Position numbers and translations under genes: made by a program
Notes under the pieces: generated by a model
Database searches by the model: none
What the model saw: only the letters and a program-made list of their open reading frames with translations
Told to the model about the DNA's origin: nothing
Origin: an uncultured delta proteobacterium
GTDB taxonomy: Bacteria; Desulfobacterota; Syntrophobacteria; Syntrophobacterales; Syntrophobacteraceae
Length of the DNA: 50,264 nt
NCBI GenBank assembly: GCA_963808625.1
Contig: CAWEHK010000027.1
Span: 1-50,264, forward strand
Direction: 5' to 3'
Shown: positions 39,800 through 50,264 of the stretch, piece after piece
Numbering within the stretch: position 1 is the first letter of the stretch
Layout: every line of letters starts with the position of its first letter

Positions 39800-41091
39800 A
39801 GGTCCTTCGCTCCTTTCCAGCTGTCGACGGCCAGGTGCAGCAGGTTCACCCGGTTTTCCCTGATCTCCCTCATCATCTTCGCGAACAGATGCACGGGCGG
39901 GGAACCATCGACCGTGAACAATTTACTGACCAAACCGGTGGCCAACCTGGGATAGTCGTTAAAGAGCCGGTGGTTTTCCTGGAACTGCGGGGCGTTGCGG
40001 TAGGCTTCCAGGTCCCTCAGCACGAAACTCTCCTTCAGAAAATTCTGGTAGATGGCAAGCCCCTGGCGTGAGAAGTCGTTCCGGGCTTTTGCCGCCATCA
40101 CGGTTTTGGCGGCAGCCTCACCGGAGGCGATGGCAAAATCCATCCCGCGCACGATATAGCCCAGATTGAGGACAAAGCCGGCGGCATCACCGGCCACCAG
40201 CATACCGTCTCCGAAGAGCTGCGGCATCATGCCAAGGCCTGCTTCGGGGACCAGGTGCGCGGAATATTCGGCCACCTGTCCGTCTTCGATGAGGGGAGCG
40301 ATGTGGGGGCTTTCCTTGAACTCCTCCACAATTTCCGACATCTTCAGCTGATTGCGCTGGAGCGCTCCCGCATTGACCACCAGCCCCAGCGAAACGCTGC
40401 TCTTGTTGGTGTAGAGGAAGCCGCCTCCCTGCAGCCCTTTGGTACAGTCTCCAACAAAGAGCTGGACGGCGCCGTGGTTGTCAGCGACTTGAAAGCGCCG
40501 GCTGATCGTTTCAGGGGGCAGTTCGATGATCTGTTTGACCCCGGTCGCCACCTGGTCGGCGCTGAAGAGCTTGGCCAGGCCCGCCTTTTGAGCGATGATC
40601 GAGTTGGCGCCGTCGGCGGCGATGACAACATCCGCCAGCATCTCATCCTCGCCGGCGCGGATTCCCACGACCCTCCCATTCTCCATCAGCGGCTCGTCCA
40701 CACGAATGCCGGGAGCGAGCATCGCCCCGGCTTCTTCCGCCTGGGATGCCAGCCACGCGTCGAATTCCGCTCTCAAGAGGGTGAAAGAATGATAAGGAGG
40801 CTTTGCCCAGGCGACGTCCTGGCAGTTCAGGGAAACGCTTTGATCGCCGTTCAGGAAAGTGATGATCTCGCGCGTCACCGGCCTTTCAACGGGCGCCTCT
40901 TCCCAGAAATTGGGGATAATCCGATGCAGGGCATGAGTATACATCCGGCCCCCGAACATGTTCTTGGAGCCGGGCACGGTGCCCTTTTCAATGAGGAGGA
41001 CGTCGTGACCTTCCCTGGCCAGGACATAGGCGGCGGTGCTCCCCGCCGGACCAGCCCCGACAATGATTGCCGTAAATTTTTCTTCTGCCAT
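39796..41091 (-). CDS. fixC: FixC-like ETF:quinone oxidoreductase
   Basis: GAGPAG, GSKNMFGG, GGGFLYTN, EYSAHLVPE, GDAAG, RGMDFAI. Confidence 0.92.
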   Translation of the reverse strand: MAEEKFTAIIVGAGPAGSTAAYVLAREGHDVLLIEKGTVPGSKNMFGGRMYTHALHRIIPNFWEEAPVERPVTREIITFLNGDQSVSLNCQDVAWAKPPYHSFTLLRAEFDAWLASQAEEAGAMLAPGIRVDEPLMENGRVVGIRAGEDEMLADVVIAADGANSIIAQKAGLAKLFSADQVATGVKQIIELPPETISRRFQVADNHGAVQLFVGDCTKGLQGGGFLYTNKSSVSLGLVVNAGALQRNQLKMSEIVEEFKESPHIAPLIEDGQVAEYSAHLVPEAGLGMMPQLFGDGMLVAGDAAGFVLNLGYIVRGMDFAIASGEAAAKTVMAAKARNDFSRQGLAIYQNFLKESFVLRDLEAYRNAPQFQENHRLFNDYPRLATGLVSKLFTVDGSPPVHLFAKMMREIRENRVNLLHLAVDSWKGAKDL

Positions 41092-41169
41092 ATTCAGTGC
41101 CTGTTAAGAAATTAGTCGTTCATGTTGATGCCTGATGACACTGGAGGCTTGCCCGGCCACCAAACAGGA

Positions 41170-41193
41170 GGCAGGCTGGAAAGCCTGCCCCAC
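41170..41193. repeat. GTGG-type REP
   Basis: GGCAGGCTGGAAAGCCTGCCCCAC, identical to 45699-45722. Confidence 0.8.
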
Positions 41194-41231
41194 AGTCTTG
41201 GCAAGTGCAGGGGTTGTTCTTCGACACCTGC

Positions 41232-41360
41232 CACCCATCAACTATCAACTATCACCCATCACCCATCAACCATCAACTATCACCCACCACCCACCACCCA
41301 TCAACTATCAACCATCAACCATCAACTATCAACCATCACCCATCACCCATCACCCACCCA
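41232..41360. repeat. Long heptamer tandem array (ACCATCA/ACTATCA/CCCATCA), about 18 units
   Basis: Visible 7-bp periodicity immediately after the fixB stop codon. Confidence 0.9.
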
Positions 41361-41362
41361 GC

Positions 41363-42319
41363 TTATGCTTTCAACGCCGACTTGAGCTCCTGAATGAGCT
41401 GCGGAACGACCTTATAAAGATCGCCGACGATGCCGTAGTCGGCAGCCTCAAAAATCGGGGCATTCTCGTCGCGGTTGATCGCAAAAATGACCTTGCTGTC
41501 GCGGATGCCGGTCACATGCTGGATCTGCCCGGAGACGCCGATGCCGACATAGAGGTCCGGCTTGATCTTTTTCCCCGAGATCCCCAGGTAGACCTCTTCG
41601 GGCAGCCAGTGCAGTTCTTCGGCGATGGGCCTCGAACAAGCCACCTCGCCCCCGAGCACCTCCGCCAGCTGCTTGGCCAGCGCAATATCCTCCTGCTTGG
41701 CGACCCCGCGGCCCACACAAACCACGATCTTGGCTTCGGTTATGTCCACTGCCTCCCGTGTTTTCGGCGTCCGCTGCAGGACTTGCACTCCCGACGGGGG
41801 AGGCGGTGGAAGCTCTCTCACCTGCCCTTGCTTCCCTTCCTGCACCGTGGCCGGTTCGAAAGTCCGGGGAGGGATGGTAGCCATCTGGGGACGGGTGGTG
41901 CACATGACGGTCTGTACGGCCAATCCTCCGAAAAACAAGCGATCCATCTTGAGCAGTTTCTTCTCCGGATCAAGCTCAAAACCACTGCACTCGCTGCATA
42001 GCCCCGTATTCAGGCGAGCGGCAACGCGGGCGGCGATTTCCTTGCCGCGGTGCGTCCCGGCAACGAGAATCACATCCGGGTCCTCCGCGCGGGCCGCATC
42101 GGCAATCACGGGAACATAGGATTCCAGCGGTTGCTCTTCCGCGAGTGGAGCTAAAAGCAACACTTCGTCAGCCCCGCAGGCGATATAGTCGTGGGCCAGT
42201 TGGCGGTCCCATGCAAAGGCCGCCAGGTTTACCCCCAAAGTTCCTGCCAGGTCCTTCCCGGCGTTCAAAAGTTCCAGCGTCTGTTCTCGATTCTCGGCAA
42301 AAACCCAAATCCCTGCCAT
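41363..42319 (-). CDS. fixB: Electron transfer flavoprotein alpha (FixB-like)
   Basis: VGRG, ACSRPI, LGISG, LYVGIGVSGQIQH, AINRDENAPIF. Confidence 0.92.
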   Translation of the reverse strand: MAGIWVFAENREQTLELLNAGKDLAGTLGVNLAAFAWDRQLAHDYIACGADEVLLLAPLAEEQPLESYVPVIADAARAEDPDVILVAGTHRGKEIAARVAARLNTGLCSECSGFELDPEKKLLKMDRLFFGGLAVQTVMCTTRPQMATIPPRTFEPATVQEGKQGQVRELPPPPPSGVQVLQRTPKTREAVDITEAKIVVCVGRGVAKQEDIALAKQLAEVLGGEVACSRPIAEELHWLPEEVYLGISGKKIKPDLYVGIGVSGQIQHVTGIRDSKVIFAINRDENAPIFEAADYGIVGDLYKVVPQLIQELKSALKA

Positions 42320-42332
42320 GGGTGAACACTCC

Positions 42333-43106
42333 TTAAGATATAACTCCCTCTTTCAACAAGGCGCCTACCGCGGCTCGGATATCGTCCGCTTCCGTCCCGA
42401 ACTTAAGACGCCGCCGTTCCATCGTTGCCCCTAAAATACCGGTGGTCTGCAGACCGGGCTCGGAAGGTGATCCGAGCTTATCCAACGTAACGTTATCGAC
42501 GGGCTTCTTCCCGGCTGCCAGGACCTGTTTCAGGGTTGGTATCCGGGGTGTGTTGATATCCGGCAAAACGGTGACGAGGGCCGGCAACGGCACGGATAGG
42601 ATCTCAATACAGTCATCCAGCTTGCGTTCAACGATAATTCGCTTTTCGCCCTCGATGACGGTCAGTTTATTAACGTAAGTGGCGCAGGAAATACCCAGCT
42701 TTTCAGCCAGGATCGGCCCAACCTGCTGGGTGTAGAGGTCGCTTGAACCTTCGCCGCAGAGGACCAGATCAAATTCTCCCTGCCCGGTGATGGCGGCGGC
42801 CAAAAGTTCCGCCGTCTGGGCCGGTCCCAGGTCCACCAGGGACGGGTCGTTTACGAAGCAGGCCTTATCCGCCCCACGAGACAGAGCGTCCTTCAGACAT
42901 TGCTTGGCAGTGGGCGGGGCCACGGTTACAGCAACGACACTGGCGCCGTGTTTTTCCTGGAGCTGAGCGGCTTCTTCGATGGCATTGCGGTCGTAGAGGC
43001 TGATCTTATAACCCACCCGGTCAAGGATCAGTCGCCGCGAGCTCGCGTCCACCTTGACGTCGGCTTCATCGATAACCCATTTGAAACAAGTTATGACCTT
43101 GAGCAT
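42333..43106 (-). CDS. fixA: Electron transfer flavoprotein beta (FixA-like)
   Basis: YDRNAIEEA, ALSRGAD, GEGSSDLYTQQVG, NTPRIP. Confidence 0.92.
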   Translation of the reverse strand: MLKVITCFKWVIDEADVKVDASSRRLILDRVGYKISLYDRNAIEEAAQLQEKHGASVVAVTVAPPTAKQCLKDALSRGADKACFVNDPSLVDLGPAQTAELLAAAITGQGEFDLVLCGEGSSDLYTQQVGPILAEKLGISCATYVNKLTVIEGEKRIIVERKLDDCIEILSVPLPALVTVLPDINTPRIPTLKQVLAAGKKPVDNVTLDKLGSPSEPGLQTTGILGATMERRRLKFGTEADDIRAAVGALLKEGVIS

Positions 43107-43130
43107 TTATCACCTTTCCTGTTTCTCTCT

Positions 43131-44267
43131 TTAGTGAAGCAGGCCGTCCGCAATCGTTGTCCTGATCACATCCGGAGTGCCTTCGTAAATCTGTGTTATC
43201 TTAGCGTCGCGGTAGAGGCGTTCGACTTTCTGGCCTTTCACGGTGCCAATCCCGCCGTGAATCTGGACCGCTGAGTCGGTGTGACGTACCGCCGTTTGCG
43301 CCGCCATGAGCTTCGCCATCGCGGCTTCTTTGCTGTATGGCAGACCTTGATCATAGCACCAGGCGGCGTGATAGGTCAGATACCTGGAGACTTCGATATC
43401 AGTGGCCATATTCGACAGCATCCACTGGATCGCCTGGAAAGTGCAGATCGGCTTGTCAAACTGAACCCGTTCCTTGGAGTAGCGCACGGATTCCTCGAGA
43501 GCGGCCTCGGCAATGCCCAGAGCCTCGGCGGCAATACCGATTCTGCAACCGTCAAGGGTCATCGCGGCGATGGTAGAACCCTGTCCTTCCTGACCCAGCA
43601 GGTTTTCTTTGGGGATGCGGCAGTCCTTCAGCGCGAGCTCAGAGGTCAAAGCACCGCGCAGGCCCATTTTGTTCACCTGCTCCCCGGCTTTCACTCCCGG
43701 GGTGTCGGCAGGGACGATGAAGGCGCTCAGTCCTTCGTTTCCCTTGGATTTGTCGGTGGCGGCAAAGACGATGAAGACGCCTGCAAGGGGAGCGTACAAA
43801 ACGAACGTTTTGACGCCGTTGAGGACGTACTCGTTGCCCTCCGGAACCGCCGTTGTCTCCCCGTAAGCGCCATGGGCGGCGCCGGCTTCGGTCCAGGCGA
43901 ATGCCCCGAGCATTTCTCCCCGGCAAAGGGGTGGAAGGTATTTCTGCTTTTGCTCCTCCGTGCCGAACTTAAACAAGGGAAAACAAGCCAGGGAGGCATT
44001 GGCCTCGACAATGGATGCGGTGGCGGCGCAAGCGCGGGACAGTTCTTCGACGGCGATGATGTGAGTCAGATAGTCGGCCCCCGCCCCACCGTATTCTTCC
44101 GGGTAGGGAATACCCAGCCAGTCCTGTTCGGCCAGTCTTTTGAAGTTTTCGGAAGGGAAGCGCGCTTCCTGATCGACCGCATCGGCTGCGGGTTCCACGT
44201 ACTTTTCACAAAACTCTTTCACACTGGCTCGGACCAGTTGTTGTTCTTCTGTCAATTCAAGGTGCAT
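43131..44267 (-). CDS. Acyl-CoA dehydrogenase (butyryl-CoA dehydrogenase-like)
   Basis: LDGCRIGIAA, RVQF, ERLYRDAKITQIYEGT. Confidence 0.92.
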   Translation of the reverse strand: MHLELTEEQQLVRASVKEFCEKYVEPAADAVDQEARFPSENFKRLAEQDWLGIPYPEEYGGAGADYLTHIIAVEELSRACAATASIVEANASLACFPLFKFGTEEQKQKYLPPLCRGEMLGAFAWTEAGAAHGAYGETTAVPEGNEYVLNGVKTFVLYAPLAGVFIVFAATDKSKGNEGLSAFIVPADTPGVKAGEQVNKMGLRGALTSELALKDCRIPKENLLGQEGQGSTIAAMTLDGCRIGIAAEALGIAEAALEESVRYSKERVQFDKPICTFQAIQWMLSNMATDIEVSRYLTYHAAWCYDQGLPYSKEAAMAKLMAAQTAVRHTDSAVQIHGGIGTVKGQKVERLYRDAKITQIYEGTPDVIRTTIADGLLH

Positions 44268-44402
44268 GATAACCTCCGCCTTGGGAAACGAACAAAGTTG
44301 TGCGGACTAACCGTGCGAGCGCCCTTTGCTTTTCGGCCTCCCGGTTGCTCCCCTGGTAGCAGCGCTCATGAGGAGGACGGTGAGCAGGCTCCCTACGCTC
44401 AG

Positions 44403-45561
44403 CTACCGCAGCAATTCGCGCGCGATGATCAGGCGCTGGATTTCACTGGTTCCCTCATAGATTGAGGTGACGCGCACATCGCGGTAAAAACGTTCCACGG
44501 GGCAGTCCTGAGTAGTAGCCATAATCGCCGAGAATCTCCATGGCATCATGGCAGGCCTGGTTTGCCGCTTCCGTGGCATAGACTTTAGCCATCGAGGCTT
44601 CCTTGGCATAGAATGTTTTCTGGTCCTTGAGGAAAGCCGCGCGCAGCAGGAGAAACCTTGCCCCGGCGAGGCGCGTGGTGTTGTCGGCAAGGATCCTGTC
44701 AACGGCTTGCCCCTTGCTGCCGGGCAAATCGAGCCGCGCCTGTTTCTTGACATAGTCTCTGGCAAAATCCATGGCGGCCAGTCCAATGCCGAGAGACATC
44801 GAGCCAATGCCGATCCGCCCGCCCGCCAGTTCGGCCGCGGCAATCCGGAAACCATCATTGGGGACGCCCAGGATGTTGTCCTTCGGTACAAGACAGTTAT
44901 CGAAGATCAGCTCATTGGTCGGAGAAGCCAACTGGCCGAGCTTTTTTTCTTCCTTGCCGATCCGTAGGCCCGGAAATGACGGCTCGACCAAAAAACAGCT
45001 GATGCCTTTGCCCTTGCGTGCTTCTTTATCGCTTACGGCCCATACCACAAAAACACCGGCAAATTCGGCACTGCTGATAAAGATCTTTTGGCCGTTGAGC
45101 ACCCAGTGATCGCCGTCGAGCACCGCGCTCATGCGCATCGCGGCGGGGTCGGAACCCGCGCCGGCTTCGGTCAGTGCGAACCCGCCGGCAGCGTACTCAC
45201 CGCTGCAAAGGGGCGGAATGTACTTCTCTCGCAACTGTTCGGTGCCAACCACCTGGATCACTTCGGCGACCATGTTCGTGACGGAGGTGGTCACGGTGGT
45301 TGAAGCGCAGGCGCGACCGAGTTCCGTCATGACCAGCGAAAAGGCCACCGTTCCGGCCGCGGTCCCGCCGTACTTGCGGTCCACATTGATCCCCATGAAG
45401 CCGAGGTCGGCGAGCTTCTTCAAAATTTCTTTGAGTTTTTCACGATTTTTGGTGCGGTCCAATTCCGCGGCGATCGGTTCCAGCTCATCTTTGACAAATT
45501 GTCTGGCGGTATCCTGAATGGCTTTTTGTTCTTGCGTCAGTTCAAAGTCCATCGCATCCAT
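44403..45561 (-). CDS. Acyl-CoA dehydrogenase; apparent frameshift near 44515
   Basis: [16 protein letters not shown] continues as [27 protein letters not shown] in another frame. Confidence 0.88.
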
Positions 45562-45568
45562 CCTGCCT

Positions 45569-45634
45569 TGTTAGAGGCTGCAGAAAATAAGTGGCCCATT
45601 TTGATGCTTTAAAAAGTGGCCCAGTTTGATGCTT
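45569..45634. mobile_element. IS21-like terminal remnant
   Basis: TGT start followed by AAGTGGCCCAkTTTGATGCTT twice (45589-45609 and 45614-45634, 25-bp period), like the repeated binding sites at IS21 ends. Confidence 0.5.
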
Positions 45635-45638
45635 GATG

Positions 45639-45722
45639 GTGGGGCAGGCTTTTCAGCCTGCCCTGCTCCCGACAAGCCGGAAAGCCTACCCTGCTCGTGG
45701 CAGGCTGGAAAGCCTGCCCCAC
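45639..45722. repeat. GTGG-type REP doublet
   Basis: GTGGGGCAGGCTTTTCAGCCTGCC..GGCAGGCTGGAAAGCCTGCCCCAC. Confidence 0.8.
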
Positions 45723-45738
45723 ACAAGGGGTCATGGGG

Positions 45739-46588
<850 letters not shown>

Positions 46589-46650
46589 GATCTCCTCCTT
46601 TTCCTGTTGGCCGAAACTGTCTGCTAATCCGGTTTGTTCGCTGCCCTCAC

Positions 46651-47826
46651 CTAGCGTTTCACGATCAAGGCCACGGCTTCACCTCCACCCAGGCAAAGGG
46701 AAGCCAGCCCCGTCTTCTTGTTCTGGCGAATCATCTCGTGCAGCAACGTGACCAACAACCGGCAACCGCTGGCGCCAATGGGATGCCCGAGGGCAACGCT
46801 GCCGCCATTGACGTTGGTTTTGGCGGGATCAAGCTTCAGTTCCTTCATGACCGCCACCGTCGAGCCACTGAAGGCCTCGTTGACCTCGAACAGGTCGACA
46901 TCATCCAGGCTGAGTCCTTCTTTTTTCAAACACTTGGGGATCGCCCAGATGGGAGCCACCAGGACGTATTTCATGTCGATTCCGGCCGAAGCCTGCGCCC
47001 CGACGGTCGCCATAATGCGACAGCCCAGGGCTTCCGCCTTCTCTCTTGCCATGAGCACCACCGCCGCCGCGCCGTCACTGATCACCGAAGCATTGCCGGC
47101 CGTGGTGACGCCGTCTTTCTTGAACGCCCACCTCATCTTGGCCAGAGCTTCATAGGTCGTTTCCCGGGCACATTCGTCCTGGCTGAAAAGGACCGGCTCT
47201 CCTTTGCGCGAAGGGACGGAGACGGGCACGATTTCATCCTTGAATCTTCCCGAGGTTATGGATGCCAGAGTGCGCCGGTACGATTCCGCCGCATAGCGGT
47301 CCTGGTCCTCCCGGGTGACGTTGTATTTCTCCGAGCACAGCTCGTTGGAAATTCCCATGTGGAAGTCGTTTACGATATCCCAGAGCCCGTCGTGGACCAT
47401 ATGATCATAGATCTTGCCATCGCCCATGCGGTACCCGGCGCGTGCCTTGTCCAGATAATACGGGGCCAGGGTCATGTTCTCCATGCCCCCGGCAACCACC
47501 ACATCGGCGTCGCCGAGCTGAATGGCCTGGGCCCCCAGCATCACCGCTTTCAAACCTGACCCGCAGACCTTGTTGACCGTTATCGCTTCCACCTCCCAGG
47601 GCATGCTGGCCTGGACTACAGCCTGCTTGGCGGGGTTCTGGCCGTAACTGCAGGGAAGCACCATGCCCATATTTACTTCGTTGACGTCCTCTTTGGTGAT
47701 TCCGGCCCGCTTCACGGCTTCCTCGATGACAATCGCACCCAGTTTGGTTGCCCCGACCGAGGCCAGAGAGCCATTAAAGCTTCCGAGGGGGGTCCTGACG
47801 GCACTGACAATCACTGCTTCGCGCAT
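46651..47826 (-). CDS. Acetyl-CoA acetyltransferase (thiolase)
   Basis: NKVCGSG, NEAF, GHPIGASG, CLGGG. Confidence 0.95.
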   Translation of the reverse strand: MREAVIVSAVRTPLGSFNGSLASVGATKLGAIVIEEAVKRAGITKEDVNEVNMGMVLPCSYGQNPAKQAVVQASMPWEVEAITVNKVCGSGLKAVMLGAQAIQLGDADVVVAGGMENMTLAPYYLDKARAGYRMGDGKIYDHMVHDGLWDIVNDFHMGISNELCSEKYNVTREDQDRYAAESYRRTLASITSGRFKDEIVPVSVPSRKGEPVLFSQDECARETTYEALAKMRWAFKKDGVTTAGNASVISDGAAAVVLMAREKAEALGCRIMATVGAQASAGIDMKYVLVAPIWAIPKCLKKEGLSLDDVDLFEVNEAFSGSTVAVMKELKLDPAKTNVNGGSVALGHPIGASGCRLLVTLLHEMIRQNKKTGLASLCLGGGEAVALIVKR

Positions 47827-47957
47827 GGTTGCCTCCTTGTGAGGGATGGACGTTTTACATCTGAGGGTCGGTTGCTAAGGTATGACCCCTTCTTCTATCA
47901 AAATGTCTCGGCTTAAGCAAAAAGATTTCTCATCACCACATCGGCGCCGGTCATCGG

Positions 47958-48266
47958 TCAAATGATGCCGACCTGCTTGAGGATGTTCTGGAGGACCTCC
48001 GGAAGAACCCCTCGAACGAGAATGGTCTTGCGGCGGGATTTGTGCCCCTGGACGATTTCCAGGTGAGCCTTCGGGACCCCGAAAACCTTCGCCAGAAACC
48101 TGAGGCATTCCTTGTTCGCCTCTCCCTCCACCGGCGGCGCCGTCAGCCGGACCTTCAAGGTATCTTCATGGATCCCGGCCAGTTCATTCCTGCTCGCCCG
48201 GGGCTGAACGTAAATCTCTATGGTTGTTCCCTCCGGAGTCTTTCGCATGATTGGCAGCGGGCTCAT
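47958..48266 (-). CDS. DUF167/YggU family protein
   Basis: VQPRAS, APPVEGEAN, GHKSRRK. Confidence 0.9.
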   Translation of the reverse strand: MSPLPIMRKTPEGTTIEIYVQPRASRNELAGIHEDTLKVRLTAPPVEGEANKECLRFLAKVFGVPKAHLEIVQGHKSRRKTILVRGVLPEVLQNILKQVGII

Positions 48267-48526
48267 CGTGCCGGTTGGTCCTTCCTGATCTAACAAAATG
48301 AACGTTCTCAGCACAGACAAGCATACACTCGCAGGAGAGGGAGCAGGTCGATGAGCAAACCCCATTCAGTCGTACCGCATCGATGACAGAAAAGCGAAAG
48401 CACTCTACAACACTGGATGGCACTTTTGCAATTCTTCGTTGACCACTTGACCACTGCTTCGCCGTCATGTTTTATTAAACACCCCAACAGTGATCTTTCA
48501 TTTTTGATTTCAGGAGGATGGCATTC

Positions 48527-50264
48527 ATGGACAAGATTTTGAGAATCGATATGGGGGCCGAAGGTGGTCCCAAGGTGACTGAGGAGCCGGTTGGCGATTA
48601 TGCCGGCCTGGGAGGCAGGGCCCTCACCTCGACCCTCGTGGCAAAGGAGGTCCCGCCGCTTTGCCACCCGCTTGGGGCGGATAACAAGCTGGTCATTGCT
48701 CCGGGGATGCTCAGCGGCACCACCGCAGCCATGTCGGGCCGCCTTTCCATTGGCGCCAAAAGCCCGCTCACCGGGGGCATCAAGGAAGCCAATGCCGGCG
48801 GGCAGGCCGCCCAGGTGCTGGCGAGGCTGGGGTATGCTGCCATCGTCCTCGAGGGAAAGCCGCCCAAAGATGATCTCTACCGCGTTCATATCAACCGGGA
48901 CGGAGTCAAGGTCATCCTGGACAACAGCCTGAAGCTCCTCCCCAACTATGAACTGGTGCAGCGGATGCAATATCAGTACGGCAGGAAGATTACCTGCCTT
49001 TCCATCGGGCCGGCCGGTGAGATGAAAATGGGTGCGGCGACGGTTGCCGTCACGGACATGGAACTGCGGCCCACCCGCCATGCCGGCCGTGGGGGATTGG
49101 GTGCGGTCATGGGCGCGAAAAGGGTCAAGACCATCGTCCTCGATGATGCCGGCATCAAGGCGCGCGCGCCGCAAGATCCCGAGAAATTCAACGCCGCCAA
49201 CAAGAAATTCGTCGAAGGGCTGAGAAATCATCCGGTCACCGGCCAGGGCCTTCCGACCTACGGGACCAATGTCCTGACCAATATCCTGTGCGAAGCGGGA
49301 GGCTATCCGACATACAACTTCAAGGAAGGCCGCTTCGACGGCGCTCACAAGATCAGCGGCGAAACCCAGGCCGAAACCGAAAATCAGCGCGGCGGGCCGG
49401 GTCGGCGACCCACGGCTGCCACCGGGGTTGCGTCATCCGCTGCTCCGGGACCTACTATGACAAGGACGGGAACTTCCTCAGCAAACAGCCCGAATATGAG
49501 ACCGTTTGGGCCCATGGCGGGCACTGCGGCATCTCCGATCTGGACGCCATTGCCATGATGGATTTCCTGGATGACAACTACGGCCTGGACACCATCGAAA
49601 TGGGGGTGACCATCGGCGTGGCCATGGAAGCCGGGCTGCTCAAGTTCGGCGATGCCGAAGGCGCCATCAACCTGGTGAAGGAAGTCGGCCTGGGCACCCC
49701 TCTGGGACGGATCTCGGAGCAGGGGCTGCCGTTACGGGCCGGGTGTTCGGTGTCGAGCGGGTGCCGGTGGTCAAAGGGCAGGCGCTTCCGGCCTATGATC
49801 CCCGCGCGGTCCAGGGCATCGGCGTGACCTATGCCACCAGCCCCATGGGCGCAGACCACACGGCCGGCTATGCCGTGGCCACCAACATCCTCAAGGTCGG
49901 GGGTTTCGTCGATCCGCTGAAACCGGAAGGCCAGGTGGAGCTCTCGCGGGACCTCCAGATCGCCACCGCCGCCATCGACTCCACGGGCATGTGCCTGTTC
50001 ATTGCCTTTGCCCTCCTCGATCAGCCGGAAACCTTCCAGTCGCTCCTCGACCTCCTCAATGCCTTTTACGGGACGAACCTGACCGGCGACGATGTGACGG
50101 CGCTGGGCAAGCAGGTCCTGAGCACGGAGCGCGATTTCAATGCCCGCGCCGGGTTCACCGCCCAACAGGACCGCCTGCCCGAGTTTTTCAAGAAAGAACC
50201 CCTCAGTCCCCACAACGTCACCTTCGAGGTCAAAGACGAAGATCTGGATCAGGTGTTCAACTGG
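48527..50264 (+). CDS. aor: Second aldehyde:ferredoxin oxidoreductase; apparent frameshifts near 49395 and 49713; stop codon beyond the window
   Basis: KSPLTGGIKE, AGRGGLGAVMG, CHRGCVIRC, PEYET, GLDTIE; later frame gives AYDPR, GADHTAG, DRLPEFF. Confidence 0.9.

Noticed and set aside
41232..41360. Heptamer arrays as CRISPR arrays or as coding repeats (PSTINHQ, LLPTAYC ORFs)
   Set aside because: No unique spacers or cas genes; the ORFs are translations of the stop-free strand of the repeat.

Overview
GC-rich bacterial chromosomal segment, most likely from an anaerobic Desulfobacterota (Syntrophobacterales-like; inferred from gene content only). The first ~12 kb is an accessory hotspot. It holds a RAYT/Y1 HUH transposase with short terminal inverted repeats abutting a 5'-truncated comM copy, an intact comM 3430 bp downstream, a third small comM fragment, intact and decayed toxin-antitoxin modules, an IS91 pseudogene, and a Tat-signal FeS protein plus AOR pair. 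The rest is mostly housekeeping and metabolic: an MscS-like channel, a GlrK/QseG/GlrR-like sigma54 system, a hopanoid cluster (tolC, hpnM, hpnJKI), prpD-like, ihfA, an atypical stand-alone dnaA, ddl, folE2, cooC, a thiolase-hbd-acyl-CoA dehydrogenase-fixABCX operon and a second AOR running to the window end. Intergenic spaces are dense in small repeats: several REP families, MITE-like elements, and strand-biased 7-mer and 9-mer arrays. Several single-base frameshifts in conserved genes look like sequencing errors. I found no rRNA, tRNA or CRISPR array. All calls are by eye; no database searches were run.
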